Shown: positions 1 to 6,742, counted from the first letter of the stretch. The stretch is 10,809 bases of DNA from an uncultured archaeon (GCA_964510585.1 CAZECW010000143.1:1-10809), one strand, 5' to 3'. The notes: generated from the letters alone by a model not told the origin. Numbers and translations are program-made.

Positions 1-810
1 TTCGCTTATTGAAAGATTTTTTACGGCTTGTATCCCGATATTGAAGGGTGTGAATGGGAAGTCTGTGGCGAAGAGTAGCTTGTGCTCTATGCCGTTATCT
101 GTGTAGGCGCTCCAAGGGAAGTAGGGGTAGAGGCTGTACCATACGGAGACATCCAGGTAAACGTTTTCGTGGCGTAGGGTTAGCGACCAAGCATCCATAA
201 ACCAGGGTGCGCTGAGGTGACCCATTATGATTGTGAGGTCTGGATACCTTCTGGCTAATTCGTCTATGAGCATGGGGTGTCCATACTTGGCTACTGAAGT
301 TGGAACAGAGGATTGGTGGCCGGCATGAGTCCACACTGGTATGTTCAGATCTAGGGCCTTTTCCCATAGAGGGTTGTATTTGCTGTCGCTTATGTCGAAT
401 TTTTGTAGAGGCGGCACCAGCTTCAATCCCCTCAGTTTAAGTTCCTTAATGGCATACTCTAAGATTTGAACCGCGTCTTTTCGGCGGGGATCTACAGATG
501 AGAATCCTATGAGTTTTTCGGGAAACTTGTTCATCATCCGGGCAATATCTTCATTTGTTCCAAGTTGAACCCCATATTCGGTGGTCATATCCATGGGTAC
601 AATCACGGTTTTGTCTATTCCCGCAGAGGTGAAGGCCTTTACAAAATCTTCGATGGTTTGATTTTGGTGCAGGAATAAGAATCCATTTATGACCATTTGA
701 GACCTAGCAGTCTTCGCCCTATCTCCAAACAGGTTCTTAATAAGAGTTTGAGGGTTGGGTGTAGGTGTCAAGTCTTTGCACACGGGATGAGTGTGAACAT
801 CTACTATCAT
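1..810 (-). CDS. Amidohydrolase_2-family metal-dependent TIM-barrel hydrolase (3' end runs off the window)
   Basis: Manual translation of the minus strand from ATG at 810: MIVDVHTHPVCK...KLIGFSSVDPRR...LRGLKLVPPLQ...IPVWTHAGH...HPMLIDELARRYPDLTIIMGH...NVYLDVS...KLLFATDFP... It is open for 270 codons to position 1. It has the DxHxH motif plus the later His, His and Asp metal-ligand positions. SD-like GAGGT lies just upstream. It is absent from the ORF track because no stop codon falls in the window. Confidence 0.93.
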   Translation of the reverse strand, partial: MIVDVHTHPVCKDLTPTPNPQTLIKNLFGDRAKTARSQMVINGFLFLHQNQTIEDFVKAFTSAGIDKTVIVPMDMTTEYGVQLGTNEDIARMMNKFPEKLIGFSSVDPRRKDAVQILEYAIKELKLRGLKLVPPLQKFDISDSKYNPLWEKALDLNIPVWTHAGHQSSVPTSVAKYGHPMLIDELARRYPDLTIIMGHLSAPWFMDAWSLTLRHENVYLDVSVWYSLYPYFPWSAYTDNGIEHKLLFATDFPFTPFNIGIQAVKNLSISE

Positions 811-993
811 TCAAATACCTCTTCACTTTTAGTGATAAACCTAATATTTTCCAAACAATTATTTAAGGTCTTTGTAATGCAGGGACGTGAAAACTCTTGG
901 CCTCTAGGGCATGGATTCTTTTACTTAAACCGAAAGGTAAAATTGTGGGAGCGCCTCTTGGGGATAATTAACCTTTGAGGGTTGGAATAATTT

Positions 994-2043
994 ATGGACA
1001 CGTGGAAATGGAAGAGGAATATTAGCTTAATGGTTCTGGGAGCCTTTAATGCTGAGTCCCTCTCAGGCGCTACGCCCCCTTACAAGTGGGTTTTGGATCC
1101 ATGGTCTATTTTTGTCACATTTATGTTCTATGGGCTTTCACTGCTGGTGATTGAGGATTTGGTTTCTCGATACTCTCTTGACTACCGCAAATTGCTTCTA
1201 ATGGGGTTCATATATGGAATTCTGGAAGAGGGTTTTTTGGCTCTCACAAACCTCCTGCCAGGATATTCACAGATTGCAGTTGGCTATGGGCGCTACTTAG
1301 GTTTGAATGTGCCCTGGGCAGTTTTCATTTCAGAGTTTCACGCAATATACACTGTAGTTTTAACCTTCATGATAGCGGACATTGTTATTCCTAGAAGGAA
1401 GGCGGGGCCCGTGCTGTCTAAATGGCAATATGTTCCAGTTTTGGGATACTTGGCGATGCTTTATCTGCTTGTTCCAAATTATGTTTTGAATGCAGCTAGC
1501 ACCAGTCAACATTTCGCCCTTCTAATTTTTAGGCCAGAGTTTTTTCTCGAAAATTTCATTCTGATAAATGCTGTGAGGTTTCACCCCACTTGGGAGTCCA
1601 TAGTTATCCAGCTGGTGGCAATTTTTGTATTGTCACTAATCGTTATACGCCTACCGGCATTGAATTTGAATGGTTCCAAGAAAGAAATTGTGGGGTGGAA
1701 AGTCTACGTAGCTTTAGTATTGGTTTTTGAGCTGATGTTCTGGACACCTTACATTCTGAAGTTTTTGGGCGGACCGGACTTTTTGGCGGTGGCTTACTAC
1801 CTGGTTCTACCCCTTGCTTTTTGGAAGCTGATTCTATCCAAAATTAGGAAGGATGACGCGTTTAACCAGAGGAAGGTGGCCGCAATGGCTTTAACTCTGC
1901 TTCTGTTCTTCGGAGGCGCAGGCATAATCATCTATTGCGTTATAGGAGACCTAATTAGTCTCATAATAATTATTATTGCCTTATGGATTGAAGTTGAGCT
2001 TGTTACGCACAAATACTATGTGCTGCGACTTTTCAAGAGATAA
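994..2043 (+). CDS. Polytopic integral membrane protein of unknown function (~9-10 hydrophobic segments)
   Basis: 349-aa ORF with repeated long hydrophobic stretches. Polar motifs AESLSGATP and YGILEEG resemble an uncharacterised prokaryotic membrane family as I recall it. GAGGG lies upstream of the ATG. Confidence 0.85.
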   Translation: MDTWKWKRNISLMVLGAFNAESLSGATPPYKWVLDPWSIFVTFMFYGLSLLVIEDLVSRYSLDYRKLLLMGFIYGILEEGFLALTNLLPGYSQIAVGYGRYLGLNVPWAVFISEFHAIYTVVLTFMIADIVIPRRKAGPVLSKWQYVPVLGYLAMLYLLVPNYVLNAASTSQHFALLIFRPEFFLENFILINAVRFHPTWESIVIQLVAIFVLSLIVIRLPALNLNGSKKEIVGWKVYVALVLVFELMFWTPYILKFLGGPDFLAVAYYLVLPLAFWKLILSKIRKDDAFNQRKVAAMALTLLLFFGGAGIIIYCVIGDLISLIIIIIALWIEVELVTHKYYVLRLFKR

Positions 2044-2095
2044 AAATAGGAATAGGGGTTAGCTCCTGATCGTAAGAGCTTGTGGCTATCCAACC

Positions 2096-2103
2096 TTCTT
2101 TTT
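2096..2103 (+). terminator. Putative oligo-T archaeal terminator between convergent genes
   Basis: TTCTTTTT lies ~55 nt after the stop of 994-2043. A weak AGCTC/GAGCT inverted repeat (2061-2080) precedes it. Confidence 0.35.
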
Positions 2104-2120
2104 AATAAATTGGTGAATCT

Positions 2121-3173
2121 TTATTTTTTGAAGTTTTGCCAGTATTCAGAGTTTATTAAAACTTTTAGGATGTCGCGAGTATTGTTGATCACTCCTTTCA
2201 GGGCGTTGTTCACTGTTTCTAGTGAGAGCAAAGCTTTTGGCTCAATGGGTTTTTCCGTTTCTGTTCTTCTAATGTCTTCCCTGAGCTTGTCAAGTTTCTC
2301 TAGCTTCCTTAGGGCTTCGAGGGCGGCTTTGGGGTTCTTCTGGGAGCCAGCCACTAGGACGTCGTTTGTTAGGGAAGCTATTTCTTTGTTGAATTTTGAG
2401 TGGAGGTTTAGTACTTCGCCGGGTATCTTGAATTTTCCTAACGTTTCTATCTGTTGGGCGATTTCCGTTGAAGCGTCCGCAATTCTTTCTATACTTCTAA
2501 TGATAGTGCTCCAGCCCATCGCCGCGCCATTGGAGTCTAAGCCGATTTTTCTGGCAGTAACCTTATCGCGCAGTCCCACTGCCAACAATCTTTGTGTGAG
2601 TAGGTAAAGGCGATCCACCTCGTTGTCCTGCGCCTCCACCTCCTTCACCTTTTCGGGGTCTAAGTCCACGATGGCGCTTGTAGCATTTTTTAGCATCGAT
2701 GTGGAAATCAGAGCCAACCGATTAATAACCTCGTCCAAGTTAAAGTCTGATGGTTCTAAGAGATTTTTCACTTTAATTGAATTCGGGGATTCCGATATGA
2801 CTTCGAAGCCCACCAAGCTGCGTATAGTGTCCATCGCCACTTTTCTCTTCGCAAAATCCATGTCCCTGTTCTCTGAAACAATTTCGAGACCATCCACACC
2901 CATAGCATAGTTACCCAAAACTGTGGTGATTAACTCCGAATCCGAAAGCTCATCCATAACTATTTTGGGAATTGGTCTCTCCCTCTTCTTGGTCTCAAGA
3001 ACCTTAGCAATCCTCAGCTCCCCCTCCTCTTCCTCAATTATGGTGAGGGTATCACCCTTTTTTATCTTATTATTCTTTACCCAACTTTTTGGCAGAGAAA
3101 CAATGTAGGATGATTTACCTGTAATTTGCACCTTACGGAATTCCAAGTTTTCGTTCGCATCTCTAATATCCAT
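2121..3173 (-). CDS. phoU: Archaeal phosphate uptake regulator: N-terminal AbrB/SpoVT DNA-binding domain plus PhoU repeats
   Basis: The N-terminus RKVQITGKSSYIVSLPKSWVKNNKIKKGD is the typical AbrB-like start of archaeal PhoU regulators. The first PhoU repeat has QDNEVDRLY and IERIADASTEIA; the second repeat is degenerate. The start is moved from GTG 3182 to ATG 3173 because AAGGTGG sits 5 nt upstream of it. Confidence 0.9.
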   Translation of the reverse strand: MDIRDANENLEFRKVQITGKSSYIVSLPKSWVKNNKIKKGDTLTIIEEEEGELRIAKVLETKKRERPIPKIVMDELSDSELITTVLGNYAMGVDGLEIVSENRDMDFAKRKVAMDTIRSLVGFEVISESPNSIKVKNLLEPSDFNLDEVINRLALISTSMLKNATSAIVDLDPEKVKEVEAQDNEVDRLYLLTQRLLAVGLRDKVTARKIGLDSNGAAMGWSTIIRSIERIADASTEIAQQIETLGKFKIPGEVLNLHSKFNKEIASLTNDVLVAGSQKNPKAALEALRKLEKLDKLREDIRRTETEKPIEPKALLSLETVNNALKGVINNTRDILKVLINSEYWQNFKK

Positions 3174-3223
3174 TGGCGCCACCTTAACACTGAAATTATA
3201 TTGGATTGTTTACGTATTATACA

Positions 3224-3238
3224 TAAATAAACATTTTT
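3224..3238 (-). promoter_or_regulatory. Candidate BRE/TATA for the phoU-like gene
   Basis: Minus strand AAAAATG-TTTATTTA lies ~50 nt upstream of ATG 3173. Pattern match only, in an AT-rich region. Confidence 0.4.
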
Positions 3239-3344
3239 ATGAAAAATTTAAGGCGAAGCATAGTTCATGCTACCGACAAGAGGAAACACAGACCCAGTTC
3301 ACATTTTGCAAAAGGTGGCTTCCTAACATAAAAGTGGAAAATAT

Positions 3345-4073
3345 TTAGAGTAGTGCTAAAAGGTTGTTAAATAAAACGGTGAACCAGAAAAAGGGGCTCC
3401 ACATTGGGTAAACCAGAGCGTAGGAGCCGAGGGCGATGGGGACCGCAACTATTGCTCCCGCTATTGATTGTCCTAGGGTATGTGCCTTTAACTTGGTTCT
3501 GGCCCAAATAACTAAAATTATGAAAAACAGTGAAGGAAGAGCCAATGCGCCGAAAACGTATGCCAGAGCCGTTGAAGGCCCAGAAATCCCCGCCGCGTGT
3601 ATGCTGATTTTCCATTTCAAGTTAATTAGAGTCACAGAGAGGGTGACAAAGACGTAAGTTAGGGAAATGGCGTACATGACTATGGATTCCGCATAAAAAA
3701 ATATAAGTGCGCCTAAAGCATACATTAAAATGGCCCAGACGAAATAGGGAGTTCTAGCCTCACGCGAAGAAACCCAGATGTCAACCTTACCCAACGCATA
3801 TGCAACAAGCACCGGAGATATGGGAAGAACAACAATGAAAACAATTCCAATCAGAAAACACTCCAAAGAATTAAGCCTGGGCCCCGTACCAATGGGCGAC
3901 AAAAAAGAGAATATAAACACCACCACTACGCCCACGAGCTGAGGAGTGATCACCTTGGACACCAAATCCGCGGCGCGCCAAGCACCACTTTTCCCACCCT
4001 TCACGTTAGGCTCCGAACCGTTCCCTCCTCCCTCCTTATGCCCTCTGTTCCTCACCGCAAAATAAGGATTCAA
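3345..4073 (-). CDS. PAP2-superfamily membrane phosphatase/phosphoesterase
   Basis: About 6 TM segments. KISIH (C2 S-x-H) and ARTKLKAHTLGQ (C3 R-x5-H-x3-[DQ]) motifs are present. The start is probably TTG 4073, which has a perfect GGAGGTG just upstream, rather than GTG 4094. Confidence 0.8.
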   Translation of the reverse strand: MNPYFAVRNRGHKEGGGNGSEPNVKGGKSGAWRAADLVSKVITPQLVGVVVVFIFSFLSPIGTGPRLNSLECFLIGIVFIVVLPISPVLVAYALGKVDIWVSSREARTPYFVWAILMYALGALIFFYAESIVMYAISLTYVFVTLSVTLINLKWKISIHAAGISGPSTALAYVFGALALPSLFFIILVIWARTKLKAHTLGQSIAGAIVAVPIALGSYALVYPMWSPFFWFTVLFNNLLALL

Positions 4074-4118
4074 ACACACACCTCCAAACAGCACTAAAAC
4101 TTTACTTTTTGAAACAGT

Positions 4119-4135
4119 CTTATAAATAACTTTTG
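4119..4135 (-). promoter_or_regulatory. Candidate BRE/TATA for the PAP2 gene
   Basis: Minus strand CAAAAGTTA-TTTATAAG. The implied TSS near 4095 would leave room for the SD at 4079-4085. Confidence 0.5.
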
Positions 4136-4239
4136 ATGAAAAATAGAATCCTCAAACAACAGTACGAAATAAACCACCGAAACAATTTTTTTGGACACCC
4201 ATTTCCTCGTTACACTAGTTATGGGGGTTCGCAATAGTT

Positions 4240-4446
4240 TTACTTTGCTATGATTACTTCTGTAGCCTTTATTATTGCCTGTACTCTGTCTCCTACTTTC
4301 AAGTTTAGCTCTTCGGCTGCTTCTTTTGTTATGACCGCAGTTATGATGACCGGGGCTTCTACCTTTATGCTGACTCTCGCAGTGATGAGGCCCTTTTCAA
4401 CGTTTATTACAGTACCCTTCATTTGGTTTCTGGCGCTTAACTTCAT
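4240..4446 (-). CDS. mop: Molybdate/tungstate-binding Mop (molbindin), single TOBE domain
   Basis: 68 aa, MKLSARNQMKG...VITKEAAEELNLKVGDRVQAIIKATEV, a classical molbindin pattern. SD GGAGG lies upstream. It has an ATGA overlap with the upstream gene. Confidence 0.92.
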   Translation of the reverse strand: MKLSARNQMKGTVINVEKGLITARVSIKVEAPVIITAVITKEAAEELNLKVGDRVQAIIKATEVIIAK

Positions 4447-5030
4447 TTTTGGTTTCCTCCCTTATCATTAAAGGTTGCCTGCTCCTGCTTGTCTACCATC
4501 ACCTCAGTGGACTTTATGAACACTTCTACCATGCTTCCCTTCTCTATTTCCAAATCCTCAGTAGAGTTGGTGGTGATTATGGATGTTAGAGTAAATGGTT
4601 TTTTCAGCTCTATCTGGACGAAGGCAGTGGCGTCATCCATCTCCACTTTTACTATTTTTCCACTTAGCCTGTTTTTGTCCGGGATGGAAAAACCGCAGGC
4701 CTCCCACAACTCTGAATTCTCCAATGCGTGCCTGACGAAACTTTCAAAACGGTTATACTTGCGAAGAAGGTATTTTCCCATGGGGGTGAGTTTCATTCCT
4801 CCTCCTCCCTCCGTTCCGCCTTTAAAGGTTTCAACCACTGGTCTCCCGATTCTATTCTCAATTTTTTTAAGGTATCCCCAGGCATATCTGTAGGAAATGT
4901 TTAGGTTCTTGGCGGCTTGGGTGAGGGAGCCCTCCCTATCAATATTTTCCAAGAGTTCGGCTCCACCCTTACCCAGAAGAGATTTACCGTCAAGCTCTAA
5001 CCAAATCTTAGTCTTAGGAACCACATCCAA
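4443..5030 (-). CDS. modE: ModE-family molybdate/tungstate-responsive regulator (winged HTH plus one TOBE domain)
   Basis: LLENIDREGSLTQAAKNLNISYRYAWGYLKKIE...PVVETFKGGTEGGG..LTPMG is the ModE wHTH signature. The C-terminal TOBE reads NRLSGKIV...SIITTNSTEDLEI...IKSTEV. The TTG start is preceded by GGTGA. Confidence 0.88.
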   Translation of the reverse strand: MDVVPKTKIWLELDGKSLLGKGGAELLENIDREGSLTQAAKNLNISYRYAWGYLKKIENRIGRPVVETFKGGTEGGGGMKLTPMGKYLLRKYNRFESFVRHALENSELWEACGFSIPDKNRLSGKIVKVEMDDATAFVQIELKKPFTLTSIITTNSTEDLEIEKGSMVEVFIKSTEVMVDKQEQATFNDKGGNQK

Positions 5031-5078
5031 AAAACATCACCAAACACCATAAACAATTACAAAATTAAGCGAACGACA

Positions 5079-5093
5079 CTATATACTTTACTT
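5079..5093 (-). promoter_or_regulatory. Candidate BRE/TATA for the modE-mop operon
   Basis: Minus strand AAGTAAAG-TATATAG lies ~50 nt upstream of the modE start. Confidence 0.45.
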
Positions 5094-5144
5094 AAACCCA
5101 CATTTTCACGTTTTAGAAGGGTTTACACTCCCGCCCCTAAAAAA

Positions 5145-5534
5145 TTAATTTTTCTTCTTCGATTTTTTCCGAACCCGCCTGTCTATTAATATATCTCCAG
5201 TTTTTTTGTTTATAATTAGAAGCACCCTGTGGAATGGGATTGTAGCCTCATCTCCCATGTAAGAGTAGGTAAAGTAGCCACTGCCAATCTCAGTAATACT
5301 GGAGTAGGGAATTTCCTTTGTGTCCCCCTCATCAGTTCTGTGAATAAAGATTATTGAGTAAGAGTTGGGATCATGCCTCTTATCCCACTTAACTTCATTA
5401 AGCAAATCCCTAATGGTGATCCTTTTCCCCACACGGCAATTGCCACAAAGAAAAACACTCCCACCCTTCTCCACCACTTCCTGCACATCAAGCGTGCTAC
5501 CACACCTATCACACTTATTCTTCAAACCGGTCAC
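5145..5534 (-). CDS. Zn-ribbon (CxxC-x18-CxxC) fused to an MJ1316/DUF504 (UPF0248) domain, with a basic C-terminal tail
   Basis: CDRC...CGNC is followed by IRDLLNEVKWD...YSIIFIHR...EIPYSSI...IPFHRVLLI, which matches the DUF504 pattern. The start codon (GTG 5534 or TTG 5525) is uncertain. Confidence 0.8.
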   Translation of the reverse strand: MTGLKNKCDRCGSTLDVQEVVEKGGSVFLCGNCRVGKRITIRDLLNEVKWDKRHDPNSYSIIFIHRTDEGDTKEIPYSSITEIGSGYFTYSYMGDEATIPFHRVLLIINKKTGDILIDRRVRKKSKKKN

Positions 5535-5664
5535 TGAAACAATTTTGTGAAAGGGACCAAAAAAATAAGAAATTAGAAATAATCCAAAAAGATGTCGATA
5601 AAAAAATAAGGAAGGTTAGAAGCACTTGGCGATAAACTGATTATGGGAAAAAGGCGTATAAGCA

Positions 5665-5970
5665 TTACTTTTTAGCCTTCGCAGCCTTAAGCTTCTCCTT
5701 CTCCAGCCTCTCTTTCTCTTTTCTCTTCTCCTCTTCCCTCTTCCTCTTCTCGATGGTATCCTGGATCTTCCTCACATGTTTCTCTGCGTCTCTCCTAAGA
5801 TCCCCAAATACGCCCATTAACATCCTATCATTCTTCTTCTCCGCATCCTTCTCCATCTTAGAGTAGGTCTCAACTGTCTTCTTTTCCCAAGCAAGAGCAG
5901 CATTCAATGGATCAGCTGCTTTAGGTTTTGGCTTCGGCTTAGGCTTAGGCTTAGGTGGTGCTGCTTCCAT
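5665..5970 (-). CDS. Small Lys-rich protein with a degenerate half ferritin-like (rubrerythrin-type) helix pair, a (PK)6 N-terminus and a charged coiled-coil tail
   Basis: ATG is preceded by GGGGTGA. The core is ALAWEKKTVETY...VFGDLRRDAEKH, and roughly a quarter of the residues are Lys. The coding call is well supported; the fold call is an inference. Confidence 0.7.
   Translation of the reverse strand: MEAAPPKPKPKPKPKPKAADPLNAALAWEKKTVETYSKMEKDAEKKNDRMLMGVFGDLRRDAEKHVRKIQDTIEKRKREEEKRKEKERLEKEKLKAAKAKK
5920..5955 (-). repeat. Coding hexanucleotide tandem repeat, (CCNAAR)6, encoding (PK)6
   Basis: Minus strand CCTAAG CCTAAG CCTAAG CCGAAG CCAAAA CCTAAA. Confidence 0.9.
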
Positions 5971-6742
5971 TCATTCTCACCCCAACAATTTTTTTATCAT
6001 CCTCAAAAAAATTTTTTGTTTTATATTAGTTTTATTACTTCTAAGTTATAAGTCCTTCGATTCCAAAAAATTTTTTCTTCGACATCTGAAGAAGAATTTT
6101 TGAAAAACCAACACAGACTCGTGAACTCCAACATTTCGCAATAAACCCACAGATACAACGACCTTCCAGTTACACTAAGGCTTACCATTTTTCACTACAT
6201 GCGAAAGATAGGGGAGGAGACGTTTACTGACATAAAAAAGTTATTCCCCAAACCAGACATCTTCAGGCTTAGTGATTAGGGGGGGTTCTGCATAGAAAAT
6301 TCTTGAACAAAAAGTCTTGTGTCCCTCTTAAGATGAAAAACAGCGATCCCCCCTGATTTATTGCGGACTTATTTGAAAATTTTTGAGTCTATAAAGAAGA
6401 GAATTTATCTCCACTATTTTGTCCAGCTACTTCGCTCTATCTATTATGGCAACTAAACATATTCCATACGTCGGTTTGTACCGAAAATGGAGAGATTGTC
6501 GAGGAAATGCCTAAAATGGTCCTTTCTGACTTGGTTCAACATCCCATTCACTCATAAGGGAGGTGAAAAACAAAAAGGTATTTTCTTTACAAGCTAGCGC
6601 TTGATTTGGTTTAAAAATTGGTCAACAATGGTTTAAATATAATTAAAAATATTAGAATTCGTCATCAATTAAATATTAAAATCTTTTAACGCCAACGGCG
6701 TTTTCTAGATAAATACCTCTAAATGAAAAGGGGATTTTAGCT

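Noticed and set aside
95-367. 90-aa minus-strand ORF from the track
   Set aside because: It is an out-of-frame shadow inside the amidohydrolase CDS (1-810).
697-978. 93-aa plus-strand ORF
   Set aside because: It is antisense to the amidohydrolase 5' end, spans the divergent promoter region and has no domain features.
2121-3173. Degenerate second PhoU repeat as a novelty
   Set aside because: Divergent AbrB-PhoU paralogues are common in archaea.
2080-4893. ORFs 2080-2607, 2623-2910, 2923-3108, 3367-3615, 3436-3657, 4250-4471 and 4489-4893
   Set aside because: They are antisense or alternate-frame shadows of phoU, PAP2, mop and modE, with the Ser/Phe/Leu-rich composition expected of reverse-strand reads.
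5071-5090. CGACACTATATA as a ModE box half-site
   Set aside because: It only loosely resembles the proteobacterial CGnTATATA half-site and has no partner half-site. It is better explained as the TATA box.
5971-6742. tRNA, SRP RNA, RNase P RNA, CRISPR array or replication origin in the long gap
   Set aside because: I saw no cloverleaf or T-loop, no RNase P or SRP signature, no regularly spaced repeats, no ORB-like repeats and no neighbouring cdc6/orc1.
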